DNA from: an uncultured Syntrophomonadaceae bacterium
GTDB taxonomy: Bacteria > Bacillota > Dethiobacteria > DTU022
DNA length: 64,000 bases
Assembly: GCA_964585925.1 (NCBI GenBank)
Contig: CAZPFS010000003.1
Span: 17,619-81,618 of the forward strand
Direction: 5' to 3'
The position numbers and the translations under genes are program-made. Position 1 is the stretch's first letter, and every line of letters starts with the position of its first letter. Positions 20,778 through 30,888 of this stretch are shown in pieces. The notes beneath the pieces are model-generated. The model did not search any database and had not been told where the DNA came from. It was given only the letters and a program-made list of their open reading frames with translations.

Positions 20778-21509
20778 TCATGAACACCCGGGCGGGTGAT
20801 GCTTTGATCGCTGTTTTAACTTGCGTTCCGCTTCCGGAAGACGAATATAGATCGGCAACGCCTGCTCATAAGTCGTGGATCGGGTTTCTTCCAGTATCTG
20901 CTTCCCCCGCCAGGCTACCGGCCCCGCTCGGTTCAGGCTCAGCGGAACAAGCAACGCCTGTTTCGCCAAAACCCGGCGAATCTCTTGACCATAGGATTTC
21001 AGACCTTCTCCCAGGAATGTAACCGGCTGTTCAAACTCGGCGGCCCGGGTCAACAGCGCCTCCAGTTTCATCGCCCCCGGGGGCATTATTTCCTCCAGCC
21101 GGTAGGGATGTGCTGCCTGCCGCCGGTAAAATGCCCCGTATACCTCTTCCCGGCGGGCATCGAGAAACGGGCAGATCAGCATCCCCGGACCGGTTACCGT
21201 TTCCGCCAGCGCTTCCAGGGTTGACACTCCCACCGCCGGAATGGAGAGGCCCTGGGCAAGTCCCCTGGCCGTGGCCACCCCGATCCGGATCCCGGTAAAC
21301 GATCCCGGTCCGGCGGCAACCGCTATTCCCGTAAGTTTATCCCGTTCCACCTGGCAAAATTCCAGCAGACTGTTGATCAGGGGCATCAACTGCTCCGAGT
21401 GGGTTTTTTTAACATTTACCGTCATTTCGCCCAACAGGCTTTCCGGCCCGAGAAGGGCCGCACTACAGGCCAGGGTGGCGGTATCTATTCCCAAGATAAG
21501 CATTTTCAT
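20778..21509 (-). CDS. tsaB: tRNA threonylcarbamoyladenosine biosynthesis protein TsaB (inactive Kae1 paralogue)
   Basis: MKMLILGIDTATLACSAALL.. at the N-terminus. 243 aa. Confidence 0.8.
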   Translation of the reverse strand: MKMLILGIDTATLACSAALLGPESLLGEMTVNVKKTHSEQLMPLINSLLEFCQVERDKLTGIAVAAGPGSFTGIRIGVATARGLAQGLSIPAVGVSTLEALAETVTGPGMLICPFLDARREEVYGAFYRRQAAHPYRLEEIMPPGAMKLEALLTRAAEFEQPVTFLGEGLKSYGQEIRRVLAKQALLVPLSLNRAGPVAWRGKQILEETRSTTYEQALPIYIRLPEAERKLKQRSKHHPPGCS

Positions 21510-22051
21510 ACCTCCCGGCCGTCAGGCCCGTGGGTCGGCAGATACAGCCTGCCGTTTATTTTCCAACTGATGCCGTTCAGGACAGCCTCCACCAGCAGAG
21601 AGCCTGTTTGATCATATGGCGTAAACCGTAGCCGCCGCCCCTCGCCTTCAGCGTCAAAAAACCGCTCCAGGCTTATCTCCAGGTGAGGATTAACAACCCC
21701 CGGAAAGCGATCCGCCCATTCAATTAGGGCCACCCCCTCGCCGGGCAGGTATTCTTCAAAACCCAGACAGTGGATTTCTTTCTCCGAAAGGCGGTAAAAG
21801 TCAAAATGATAGACCGGAAACCGGCCCGAATACATATTCATGAGTATAAAAGTAGGGCTGGTAACCTCTCGGGTTGCTCCCAGCCCCCTGATAATTCCCC
21901 TGGCTAGAGCGGTCTTGCCGGTACCCAGCTCACCATTAAGAGTAATTACCAGGGGAGAATTTACCACTCCGCCCAAGATCTGCCCTATGTACACTGTTTC
22001 CGCCTCCTGGCGGGTAGTTAAAACCGACTGTCCATACATTTGAAAAACCAA
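21506..22051 (-). CDS. tsaE: tRNA threonylcarbamoyladenosine biosynthesis ATPase TsaE (YjeE)
   Basis: P-loop variant GELGTGKT and a size typical of TsaE. Its stop overlaps the tsaB start by 4 nt. Confidence 0.8.
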   Translation of the reverse strand: MVFQMYGQSVLTTRQEAETVYIGQILGGVVNSPLVITLNGELGTGKTALARGIIRGLGATREVTSPTFILMNMYSGRFPVYHFDFYRLSEKEIHCLGFEEYLPGEGVALIEWADRFPGVVNPHLEISLERFFDAEGEGRRLRFTPYDQTGSLLVEAVLNGISWKINGRLYLPTHGPDGREV

Positions 22052-22176
22052 CCTTGTTTTGAAATTTTCTACGTGGTATTATAGCCCTCGCCGGTTTAAA
22101 ATGCAAATTTGAGCCCAGTTGAACCAAGCGGGGCTGCTATGGTCTTATAACTGCAAGCAAGGAAGGCCGCACCAAA

Positions 22177-22899
22177 ATGGAAACTGCCCAAAAAACCGTT
22201 TCATCCGTAACCGGGCTTGATCTGCGCTTAGGAATAATGGATGCTGTGCCCATCGTTCTCGGCTATCTGCCCCTGGGATTTGCATTTGGTGTTCTGGCCA
22301 AAGATGTTGGAATCACCGTTTTTCAGGCCACCATGATGTCTGTGCTCTGCTTCAGCGGGGCCGGCCAATATGTCGCCATCGGTATTCTCAAGGCCGGCGG
22401 AGCGGCGGTGACCGTGATCATGGCCAACATTCTGGTCAATTCCAGGTACCTGCTATTTTCCGCCTCCACGGTGCCCTACCTCAAAAACCGGGTCCCCCCA
22501 TTTGCCGCCGCCCTGATATCCTACGGGCTGACCGATGAAACCTATGCCGTATCCATGGGGCGCTACCGGAACCACCACCCCACCTTGCCCTACCTGGCCG
22601 GGTTGAACCTGACCGCCCACCTGGGATGGATCGGCAGCACCCTGATCGGCTCCCTGGCCGGAAATTACCTGGCGGATATCGGCGCGTGGGGATTGGGGTT
22701 TGCCCTGCCGGCAATGTATACCTGTTTGCTGGTGTTGGTGATTATCCGCAGATCCCATCTGCTGGCCGCAATTTCGGCGGCGCTGATCTGCCTGGCTACC
22801 GGTTACTTTTTTCCGGGAACCATGGACAGCCTTTCAAACATCATTATCGCCACCATTGCCGGCGCGACCTTGGGAGTGATCTGTGATGGACCAAACTAG
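22177..22899 (+). CDS. azlC: AzlC family branched-chain amino acid permease/exporter subunit
   Basis: 240-aa polytopic membrane protein with AzlC-like topology. It overlaps the small AzlD partner. Confidence 0.7.
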   Translation: METAQKTVSSVTGLDLRLGIMDAVPIVLGYLPLGFAFGVLAKDVGITVFQATMMSVLCFSGAGQYVAIGILKAGGAAVTVIMANILVNSRYLLFSASTVPYLKNRVPPFAAALISYGLTDETYAVSMGRYRNHHPTLPYLAGLNLTAHLGWIGSTLIGSLAGNYLADIGAWGLGFALPAMYTCLLVLVIIRRSHLLAAISAALICLATGYFFPGTMDSLSNIIIATIAGATLGVICDGPN

Positions 22900-23221
22900 T
22901 TTCTGGTTGATGATGATCGGTATCTCCGCGGCCAGTTTATTGCCGCGAATCCTGCCGGTGGCCTTGCTCTCCCGCCGGGAATTTCCGGCGCCAATCAGGA
23001 AATGGCTGTCATTTGTGGCCCCCTCTGTTCTGGGGGCCCTCACCGCGCTGAGCGTCTTCGCACCCGACGGCCAAATCGATCTGCACCCAGGCAACCTGTA
23101 CATCTGGGCTTTCGTGCCCTCTTTGATTATTGCCCTAAGAACACGGAATTTATTTTACACCCTCCTGGCAGGGATAGCCGCCCTGGCCATCCTCAGCCGA
23201 CTGATCTATGGTGTGAGGTAG
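22883..23221 (+). CDS. azlD: AzlD family branched-chain amino acid transport protein
   Basis: 112-aa membrane protein with 3-4 TM helices immediately after azlC, overlapping it by 17 nt. Confidence 0.65.
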   Translation: MMDQTSFWLMMIGISAASLLPRILPVALLSRREFPAPIRKWLSFVAPSVLGALTALSVFAPDGQIDLHPGNLYIWAFVPSLIIALRTRNLFYTLLAGIAALAILSRLIYGVR

Positions 23222-23269
23222 GTAAGGGGGCGGACCGGGGCGTCCGCTCCTACCTGTTTCCGCCTTCTT

Positions 23270-25255
23270 TTATTGATGCCCATCCGCCGGCGCCGATAGG
23301 GCCTCCAGTTCCATGCTGATCCGTTCCCACTGCTTGAGCAGTTCGCCGGCCCCGGCCTGTTCGGCGCGAAGTTTTTCATGGAGTTGTTTCACCTTGGCAT
23401 AATCACTGTAAATGTGGGGATCGGCGAGTTCGAGCTCCAGGGAGGCAATTTCCTGCTCAACCGCCTGGATAGCTTCCTCCACCTCCTGTTGCCGCTGTTC
23501 AAGTAGGCGCGCCTGTCTCCTATGAGCTGAAGGTTCGGCAGGAATTTTTTTGTTTGCCCGGGGTGCGGGCAGCCGCGCGGTTTTTCGCCCGGTTGTATCC
23601 TGCTCCCGGCCTGGCCCGCCGCGCTCCATATATTCTCGAAAACTGCCGTTATATATGGTCAGCCTCCCCTCAGCCAATTCAAACACCCGGTTGACCAGAG
23701 TGTTTAAAAAATAACGGTCATGGGAGACCAGCACCAGCGTTCCGGGATAATCCCGCAGCATTTGTTCCAGCTCCTCCAGGGAAATCAAATCCAGATGGCT
23801 GGTCGGTTCGTCAAGCAGCAGGCAATTGTTTTCAATCAATTCCAGCCGGGCCAGAGCAAGTCTGCATTTTTCTCCGCCGCTTAATTGACTGATCCGTTTA
23901 TACACCTGTTCACCTGTAAATAAATAGCGGGCCAGGTAACTGCGGGCTTCTGAAATGCCCAGATCGGTTGCAGAAATGATTTCATCGAGAAGCGTATTTT
24001 GGGGGTTCAGCTTTTCCTGCTCCTGGGAAAAATAGGCCACTTTTACCGAAGGGCCTGCTTTGATGCTTCCGGTTCCAGGTTTCTCCTCTCCGGTGATCAA
24101 CTTCAGTATGGTGGTCTTGCCCGCACCGTTGGGTCCTACCAGCGCCACCCGGTCACCCCAGTGGATCTGAAAATCAATATTCTCAAAGAGGGGCCGGCCT
24201 CCAAATCCCTTGCCGACACCCCGGAATTCAATGACCTGCCGGCCGCTCCTTCCCTGGAAATTAAAACCCGGGTGGAAGGCCGTCCTTTGTTCGGGCTGCT
24301 CGATCAGCTCCATCTTTTGCAGGCGTTTTTGCCGGCTGGCCGCCTGCCTCTTGGTACGCTCATCGATCTTGGCCTCCCGGATAAATTTTTCTTCCTTCTG
24401 TATAACTGCCTGCTGGTTGATATAGGCCCGGGCCTGGGTCAATTTCTCTTGTTCCCGCCGGTCCTGAAAATAACTGTAGTTGCCGGGGTAGCTTTTTACT
24501 GAGCCCCGGTCCAGGAACAATATTTTTCCCGCCACCCGATCCAGAAAGAAACGATCATGGGTAACAACAATCAGCGACTTCGGCCAGTCGGACAAGTATT
24601 TTTCCAGCCATTCCAGCCCCTGCCGGTCGAGGTAGTTGGTGGGTTCATCCAGCAGCAGCAGATCCGGATCCCTGAGGAGCAGCGCCGCCAGCCAAGCCCT
24701 GGTTTTTTCCCCGCCGCTAAACCGGCCAAGCTCCCGATTCAAATCAAGCCGGCTGAAGCCAAGCCCCCCGGCCACAGACTGAAGCCTGCTCTCCAGCTCG
24801 TACCCGCCCTGCTGCTGGAACTGCCCCGCTATTTCGCCATAACGCTGCAATAATTTTTCCAGCCGGGAAGCCTCACCGGAAGGACAGCCGGATATTTCTC
24901 TTTCCAAACAGTTGATCTCCTGCGCCAACCCCCGCAGCGGTTGTTGGGCCTGTTCCAGATGATGACGCAGGGTCTGTCCCTCCAATACCGGAGGTTTTTG
25001 GGGCAGGTAACCGACAACGGTTTGTTTGGATAAATATATTTCTCCCCGGTCAAGCTGAAGTTCACCGGCGATCGCTTTCAACAGAGTGGTTTTGCCTGAT
25101 CCGTTGGAGCCGATCAGGCCTGCTTTCTCTCCGGGCTGTATCTGGAAAGAAACGCCGGTCAGCACCGGCCGGTCCGCAAATGATTTGTATAACTCGGAAA
25201 CAGATAATACCGTCACTTCTTGCCCCTTTCCGGGTCGGCTGCACTGCAACAGCAA
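23270..25255 (-). CDS. ABC-F family ATPase (two ABC domains, no TMD, C-terminal coiled-coil extension); translation-factor or ribosome-protection type
   Basis: Two Walker A motifs (GSNGSGKTTLLK, GPNGAGKTTILK), two LSGGEK signatures, and a long charged linker and C-terminal arm. Confidence 0.85.
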   Translation of the reverse strand: MLLQCSRPGKGQEVTVLSVSELYKSFADRPVLTGVSFQIQPGEKAGLIGSNGSGKTTLLKAIAGELQLDRGEIYLSKQTVVGYLPQKPPVLEGQTLRHHLEQAQQPLRGLAQEINCLEREISGCPSGEASRLEKLLQRYGEIAGQFQQQGGYELESRLQSVAGGLGFSRLDLNRELGRFSGGEKTRAWLAALLLRDPDLLLLDEPTNYLDRQGLEWLEKYLSDWPKSLIVVTHDRFFLDRVAGKILFLDRGSVKSYPGNYSYFQDRREQEKLTQARAYINQQAVIQKEEKFIREAKIDERTKRQAASRQKRLQKMELIEQPEQRTAFHPGFNFQGRSGRQVIEFRGVGKGFGGRPLFENIDFQIHWGDRVALVGPNGAGKTTILKLITGEEKPGTGSIKAGPSVKVAYFSQEQEKLNPQNTLLDEIISATDLGISEARSYLARYLFTGEQVYKRISQLSGGEKCRLALARLELIENNCLLLDEPTSHLDLISLEELEQMLRDYPGTLVLVSHDRYFLNTLVNRVFELAEGRLTIYNGSFREYMERGGPGREQDTTGRKTARLPAPRANKKIPAEPSAHRRQARLLEQRQQEVEEAIQAVEQEIASLELELADPHIYSDYAKVKQLHEKLRAEQAGAGELLKQWERISMELEALSAPADGHQ

Positions 25256-25308
25256 AGCCGGTATATGTCATTTCTTCAATATTATACACTATCCAATAAA
25301 AGTACTGC

Positions 25309-25365
25309 TTGACATCTGAAAGCCGGCCCGGTAATATGAAACAGGATAGCATACCAACCGGTCGG
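25309..25365 (+). promoter_or_regulatory. Near-consensus sigma-A promoter plus palindromic operator for the TetR operon
   Basis: TTGACA (25309-25314), a 17-nt spacer, TAATAT (25332-25337). An inverted repeat ACCAACC-GG-TCGGT lies at ~25350-25365, between the -10 and the RBS. Confidence 0.65.
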
Positions 25366-25383
25366 TACAGGAAGGGGAAATCA

Positions 25384-25983
25384 ATGATGAGCAACGGGGG
25401 ATCGGGCGAAGAAACCCGCACCCGGATATTGAAATCGGCAGGCCTTTGTTTTGCCCGGGTGGGCTATGACCGGACGGGCGTGGCTGAGATTTGCCGGCAG
25501 GCCAAGGTGAGCAAGGGCTCGTTTTATTATCATTTTGAAAGCAAAAGATCAGTATTGATGAGTCTGCTGGAGGTCTGGCTGACCCAGCTGGAGAGGGGAT
25601 TGGCCCGGGCCGCAGAAGATTCCCGAGGCGCCCCGGAATCATTGCTGAAGATGAGCGGGGTGATCAAATGGCTGATCCAGCCCGAGTACAAACAGGCGCC
25701 TATATTTTTGGAGCTCTGGTCACAGGCCAGCCGGGATGAAGAGGTAAGAAAGCAAACCATCGCCACCTACTCAAAATACCGGCAACTCTTTGCCGCCCTG
25801 ATCAGCCGGGGAAACGATGAGGGCTCCCTGGCCGGTATTGATCCGGTTTCCGGTGCCCAGGTGATTCTATCCCTGGCCAGCGGGATCTTTTTACAGAGCC
25901 TGCTGGACCCGGAAGGGGCCGATTGGGAGAAGGTGGCGGAGGACAGTATTCTAATCATACTAGAGGGATTGAAAAGGAGGTAA
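25384..25983 (+). CDS. TetR/AcrR family transcriptional regulator. The start is likely ATG at 25384; the tracked ORF from 25309 would include the promoter.
   Basis: N-terminal HTH TRTRILKSAGLCFARVGYDRTGVAEICRQAKVSKGSFYYHF. RBS GGAAGGGG upstream of 25384. Confidence 0.8.
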   Translation: MMSNGGSGEETRTRILKSAGLCFARVGYDRTGVAEICRQAKVSKGSFYYHFESKRSVLMSLLEVWLTQLERGLARAAEDSRGAPESLLKMSGVIKWLIQPEYKQAPIFLELWSQASRDEEVRKQTIATYSKYRQLFAALISRGNDEGSLAGIDPVSGAQVILSLASGIFLQSLLDPEGADWEKVAEDSILIILEGLKRR

Positions 25984-25987
25984 TCTC

Positions 25988-27028
25988 ATGGTGTTGGTTA
26001 CCGGCTCTGCCGGACATATCGGCAATGTATTGATTCGCAAATTGTTACAGCAAGGGGAGCAGGTCAGGGCGCTGGTTCTTCCCGGAGAAAACACCGATTC
26101 ACTGCAGGGCCTCCATGTTAAGATGACCGTGGGAAATGTGCTGGATCCGGCCTCATTGCGCCGGGCCATGCAGGGTATTGATACGGTATACCATCTGGCA
26201 GGAATCATTTCCATTGTCCCCGGAGATGAACAGATCATGAGGAAAGTAAATGTGGAAGGGGCAAAAAACGTGGCCGAAGCCGCGCTGGCCTGCGGGGTCA
26301 AAAAGATGATCCATGTCAGCTCAATTCACGCCCTGAGAAGAGAACCTTCTGGGACAGTGGTGGATGAAAGCACTCCCTTTGACCCGCACAGCCCGGCCGG
26401 GGGCTATGACCAGACCAAAGCCGAAGGGACGCTGGCCGTATTGTCGGTGGCGAAAAGGGGCTTGAAAGTGGTGGTCCTTTGCCCCACCGGAGTGATCGGA
26501 CCCTATGATTTTAGGTCCTCCGAACTGGGACAGCTGGTGTTGAATTTTTCCCGGCGCCGGTTGCATTTCTTAATCAACGGCGCCTTTGATTTTGTCGATG
26601 TGCGGGACGTAGCCCGGGGACTGATCCAGGCGGCCTCACGGGGGAAGCCCGGGGAAACCTACATTCTTTCCGGGACACGCCTGAGCCTGGTTGAACTGCG
26701 AAAAGTGGTGCAGGCCTCCGCCGGAATTTGCTCTCCCCTGACAATGGTGCCCTTTAAAACAGCTTTGTTTTTTTCCCGGTTTACCCAACACCTGTACCGG
26801 CTGTTCGATTCAACTCCCCAGTACACCACCTATTCCCTGCAAACGGTGATCGATAACAGCTGTTTCAGCCATGAAAAAGCCTCCCGGGAGCTGGGTTACC
26901 GAACCCGGCCGATCGACGATACGGTTAAGGATTTTTTAAAGTGGCACCAGTCCTTTTTTTTGGAACGCCCTCTGACCGGGCAGCACAAAACCAGGCGCCG
27001 TTGGCAAAATTTAAAGGAACCCAATTAG
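25988..27028 (+). CDS. NAD(P)-dependent oxidoreductase of the extended SDR family (3-beta-HSD / dihydroflavonol-reductase-like)
   Basis: MVLVTGSAGHIGNVLIRKLL Rossmann motif. 346 aa. It sits 5 nt after the TetR stop, probably co-transcribed. Confidence 0.7.
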   Translation: MVLVTGSAGHIGNVLIRKLLQQGEQVRALVLPGENTDSLQGLHVKMTVGNVLDPASLRRAMQGIDTVYHLAGIISIVPGDEQIMRKVNVEGAKNVAEAALACGVKKMIHVSSIHALRREPSGTVVDESTPFDPHSPAGGYDQTKAEGTLAVLSVAKRGLKVVVLCPTGVIGPYDFRSSELGQLVLNFSRRRLHFLINGAFDFVDVRDVARGLIQAASRGKPGETYILSGTRLSLVELRKVVQASAGICSPLTMVPFKTALFFSRFTQHLYRLFDSTPQYTTYSLQTVIDNSCFSHEKASRELGYRTRPIDDTVKDFLKWHQSFFLERPLTGQHKTRRRWQNLKEPN

Positions 27029-27049
27029 GATCAAAAGCATACTTTTAGA

Positions 27050-28462
27050 TTAACGATATTTGCTCATAATATCCCTATTCAGAGTCACCGGCGGCAGGTA
27101 ATTTTCGGGTAACAGGCACTTGTATGTAGCCCCGTTAAGCCTTTCTTTGAATTCTTTTATTGCTTTATCTACCAGGTCCTGCTTGATAAACAACTCTGCT
27201 GCAGTGGATGAAAGAAGTTTGGAGGCCACATCCATGGATTTTTTCCCAATAGAAGATTCACTGCAACTTGCGACCCCCCAATTATGCCACCCTGAATTTT
27301 GAGGAGCCATGGCAATCCAGGCAGTGGCATAGGGGGCATTCCAGCTATATTCGGAAGTGTCACAAACTCCGGTATAACCCCCTCCAAAAGGGGCAATTTT
27401 AGTTGCCAGTCCTGTTTCGGGTACTCCCATTTGACGTTGAATTTTTCCGGCTATTTCTTGTTCTTCATTTGTAAATTGCGGTGGCCCGATTTCCTGGAAA
27501 TTTTTGTGAAGCACCTCCGCCAAAGTGCGGCTGGGAATTTTATGATGGGTAGCGGTAATTATTTCTACCTTGAGTCGGGTTTCGGTAGCCAACGCAGCCC
27601 CCTTGGCGCAATTGGTTACCCGTTTCATGGCGTTTTCCGCTTCTTCGGTAGTTACAAATCGTCCAATATACCATGCGGTAGCCCTGTCCGGGACAACACT
27701 TGGAAATTCAGGACCCGTATCACTGAAGGTATAATTGATCGAATTGGCAGCATCGGGGGGGCAACCGGGATAAATATGCTCCCGAAGCATTTCCACGGCA
27801 TGGCCCTGCAGTATGGCTGCATCCAAAGCGCTTCTCCCATGCCAAGGCGAATTGCCATGGGAGGTTTTGCCCTTAAAATGATATTTTATACTAAAATAGG
27901 CACAGCAGCTGTCAAAGTCAGCCCTGTTATAACAAAAAGGATGCCAATCCAGAAAAGCATCAACATCATTGAAATAACCCGCTCTCCCCAGGAAAGGTTT
28001 TCCAATACAAAGCTCCTCCGCCGGACATCCAAAGAGCTTAATCGTGCCGGACAACGCAAATTTATCCAACGCCTTTTTTATGGCGATACCAGCCTTAACT
28101 GCCGCTGCCCCCAGTAAATTATGTCCGCATCCATGCCCGGGTGCGCCTGCAGTGATCGGCTTTTTCTTCGTCGACCCGGCCCTCTGGGAAAGGCCGGGTA
28201 ATGCGTCATATTCAACATTTAATCCAATAACCGGTCTTCCATTGCCATAAGCGGCCACAAAAGCCGTGGGCATGCCCGCCGCTGCTTCTTCTACCTTGAA
28301 CCCCTTAAGTTTAAGTAAATTTATATAAATTTTGGAGGAAGCAAATTCCTGCATTGCCAATTCGGCGCTTTCCCAAACCCGTGACGACGCATTGTAGTAT
28401 TCATTTTTATTTTTCTCATTCCATTCGAGAATAAAGCTTTTAATTTGCTTTAATTTATCCAT
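27050..28462 (-). CDS. M20D-family amidohydrolase (AbgB / YgeY-type peptidase-dimerisation protein)
   Basis: 470 aa. M20 metal-binding regions are present (GHGCGHN..). It resembles aminobenzoyl-glutamate utilisation protein B-type enzymes. Confidence 0.7.
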   Translation of the reverse strand: MDKLKQIKSFILEWNEKNKNEYYNASSRVWESAELAMQEFASSKIYINLLKLKGFKVEEAAAGMPTAFVAAYGNGRPVIGLNVEYDALPGLSQRAGSTKKKPITAGAPGHGCGHNLLGAAAVKAGIAIKKALDKFALSGTIKLFGCPAEELCIGKPFLGRAGYFNDVDAFLDWHPFCYNRADFDSCCAYFSIKYHFKGKTSHGNSPWHGRSALDAAILQGHAVEMLREHIYPGCPPDAANSINYTFSDTGPEFPSVVPDRATAWYIGRFVTTEEAENAMKRVTNCAKGAALATETRLKVEIITATHHKIPSRTLAEVLHKNFQEIGPPQFTNEEQEIAGKIQRQMGVPETGLATKIAPFGGGYTGVCDTSEYSWNAPYATAWIAMAPQNSGWHNWGVASCSESSIGKKSMDVASKLLSSTAAELFIKQDLVDKAIKEFKERLNGATYKCLLPENYLPPVTLNRDIMSKYR

Positions 28463-28527
28463 TTATATCCTTCCAATCTAACGCTTGGGAACATTAATAT
28501 CCTGGTAAAACTGCTCCGTGTCCCAGA

Positions 28528-30165
28528 TTAATCTCCCGAGTTATACATATAAACCGGAATGCTGGGATCCGCGGCCTGAGTTCTGTGCCTGACAAAGTAA
28601 GGCGCCAGGTTAAAAATCAAATTTCTGTATTCTTTTTCATCAGGGGTAAGGCTCCTTGATGCTTTTTCCGCAAGAACCCCTTCCAGTTCCGCCTCATCAA
28701 TATCTGCATGCCGGCCGGCGGAAACTACTACCTTACCATTAACAATAACCGTGTCAACACATTGGGCTGTAGCGCGATAGTTCAGTAGTTCAACAGGGTC
28801 GTCGGCAAAAGCGGCATGGCAACCGCAAACGCGCTTGTGATCCAGCAAAATCATATCGGCACATCGCCCAGGCTCAAGCGCGCCGACAGCCGAACCAAGA
28901 CCAACTACGGAGGCACCGTCGGTGGTGACCATTTTAAAACATTGCGTGCTTGAAAGGGGCTTCAAATTCGGCAATGGAGGCCGGTGCAGGTTTCTGGCCA
29001 AGCGCATTTCCATGAATATGTCCTCATTATCGTTGATTGTTGTGCCATCCATGCCCAGGGCCACTACAATACCCCGTTCCAACATAGACAAGACGGGAGC
29101 AATACCGCTTCTTAAACGCAAATTGGCGCTCGGACAATGAACAATAGACGCACCTGTTTCGGCAATGACATCCAAATCGGTTTCATTCAACCACACGCCG
29201 TGAGCAAAGGAGCTTTTTGAATTGAGAATACCCACTTTTTGCAATCTCCTGAGCAGCCCTTCAGGATAAGCCGTTTTTGCATATCGACGATGCTCAAGAC
29301 TTTCCTGCAGATGCATATGCAGGCAGATGCCCAGCTCTTTTTGGAGCAGCGCCATCTTCTCCATAAGTTCATCACTGCAGTTAAAGGGAATAAGACTTCC
29401 CAGAGCTAATGTAACCAGGTCATTTTCTTTGTTCAGCTGATCATATGTGTCGCGGGCAACGGCAAAATAATCTTCTTGCGGAATAAGTGAGTAGCGCCCC
29501 AGGGCCGAATAGGCTTTTTCTTTTAAATCGGAAGGCAAACTTTCAAAAAAATTAGCGTCATCCGACGGATCCATGGTTAACCCTATTCTGCCCCTGTCCT
29601 GCATTTCCATAGCGAATACTACCCGAATCCCCGCATCTTTATAAGCTCGAATTGTGGTATTGATATCCTCAATATATTCCTTAAGCCCGGCATTGCGGCG
29701 GGTGTGTCGCCGGTGCGAGTGCAATACTGTAGTGACCCCCGTGCGTAAAAGCCGGAGAGCTGAATACAGAGTATCATAGTAAATATCGGTAGTTCTTTCG
29801 GCACGCAGGGCAAATATAAAATTTTCTAAAACGTCGTCGGTTGTGCCCAATTGAAACGTACTTAACCCCCGTCCATGATGATGAGAGTTAACCAACCCCG
29901 GGGACACAATAAACTCAGAACCGCCGATGGTTTTTTCTTCCGGATACTCTTTCTTCAGATCATCATATAATCCTATTTTATCGATTTTTCCACCCTTTAC
30001 TAATATGCCGGCGTCTCGCCAAACTTTTTCCGGAGTGATTACATATCCTCCTGTTACGATCACCACAATCCCTCCCAATGGTTGGTTGTTATCATAAACT
30101 GTTATCTTGTAGGGGTATTTTTTTACCGGATGCGCAGCGGTCCCGGTGCAGTATCCATCAACCAT
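28528..30165 (-). CDS. Metal-dependent amidohydrolase (TIM-barrel; chlorohydrolase / SsnA / guanine-deaminase-like). The real start is probably a GTG near 30063.
   Basis: HxH motif (VNSHHHG). The amidohydrolase-typical N-terminus IVTGGYVITPE...DAGILVKGGKIDKIG is preceded by RBS GGGAGGG. The tracked ORF adds ~34 spurious residues. Confidence 0.7.
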   Translation of the reverse strand: MVDGYCTGTAAHPVKKYPYKITVYDNNQPLGGIVVIVTGGYVITPEKVWRDAGILVKGGKIDKIGLYDDLKKEYPEEKTIGGSEFIVSPGLVNSHHHGRGLSTFQLGTTDDVLENFIFALRAERTTDIYYDTLYSALRLLRTGVTTVLHSHRRHTRRNAGLKEYIEDINTTIRAYKDAGIRVVFAMEMQDRGRIGLTMDPSDDANFFESLPSDLKEKAYSALGRYSLIPQEDYFAVARDTYDQLNKENDLVTLALGSLIPFNCSDELMEKMALLQKELGICLHMHLQESLEHRRYAKTAYPEGLLRRLQKVGILNSKSSFAHGVWLNETDLDVIAETGASIVHCPSANLRLRSGIAPVLSMLERGIVVALGMDGTTINDNEDIFMEMRLARNLHRPPLPNLKPLSSTQCFKMVTTDGASVVGLGSAVGALEPGRCADMILLDHKRVCGCHAAFADDPVELLNYRATAQCVDTVIVNGKVVVSAGRHADIDEAELEGVLAEKASRSLTPDEKEYRNLIFNLAPYFVRHRTQAADPSIPVYMYNSGD

Positions 30166-30180
30166 CTATCTGGAATTTAC

Positions 30181-30888
30181 TTATTGGATTCCCAAATACG
30201 ATTTTTTAATATCCTCATTTTTAATCAGTTCTTCCGCAGAACCTGAACTGACAATATTTCCGGTTTCCAAAACATAGGCCCGATCAGCCAATTTTAAAGC
30301 CGCCCTCACATTTTGCTCAACCAATAGAATTGATAAACCTCTTGATCGGAGAAGATTTAGTGTGTCGAATATTATCTTGACATTGGTCGGTGCAAGCCCC
30401 AATGATGGCTCATCAAGAAGGATTAAGGTGGGATGGCTCATCAACGATCTGGCAACAGCCAACATCTGTTGTTCTCCGCCGCTGAGAGTGCCCCCCAATT
30501 GATCACTTCGTTCTTTGAGTCTGGGAAAAAGCTCGTATACCAAAGCCAGGTCATCATCCAGCTTATTCCTGTCGGAACGGCACAGAGCACCAATTTTAAG
30601 ATTTTCATAGACGGTAAAATAAGGGAATATTCGCCTCCCTTCAGGTGTTTGACATATTCCCAGTCTCAACCTTTCCTCGGGGGGAAGGCTGTCAATTCTT
30701 ATGCCCTTGAACCATATTTGCCCGGACATCAATTTAAGTATACCGGATATGGTCATCAAGGTCGTAGTTTTTCCGGCGCCGTTTGCACCGATGATGGAAA
30801 CTATCTCCTTCTCCTTTACCGATAAAGAAACCCCGTGCAAAACTTTTATATTGTCATAACCCGTTACAATATCTTTTAGCTCAAGCAA
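30181..30888 (-). CDS. livF: Branched-chain amino acid ABC transporter ATP-binding protein LivF type. Probable TTG start at 30888; the tracked ORF start at 30984 overlaps livG by 104 nt.
   Basis: Walker A GANGAGKTT, signature LSGGEQQML. RBS GGAGGGG 7 nt upstream of the TTG. Confidence 0.8.
   Translation of the reverse strand: MLELKDIVTGYDNIKVLHGVSLSVKEKEIVSIIGANGAGKTTTLMTISGILKLMSGQIWFKGIRIDSLPPEERLRLGICQTPEGRRIFPYFTVYENLKIGALCRSDRNKLDDDLALVYELFPRLKERSDQLGGTLSGGEQQMLAVARSLMSHPTLILLDEPSLGLAPTNVKIIFDTLNLLRSRGLSILLVEQNVRAALKLADRAYVLETGNIVSSGSAEELIKNEDIKKSYLGIQ

Noticed and set aside
27029-27049. A regulatory element in the 21-nt gap between the convergent epimerase and M20 genes
   Set aside because: The gap is too short for a hairpin terminator and shows no structure. 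The genes simply abut.
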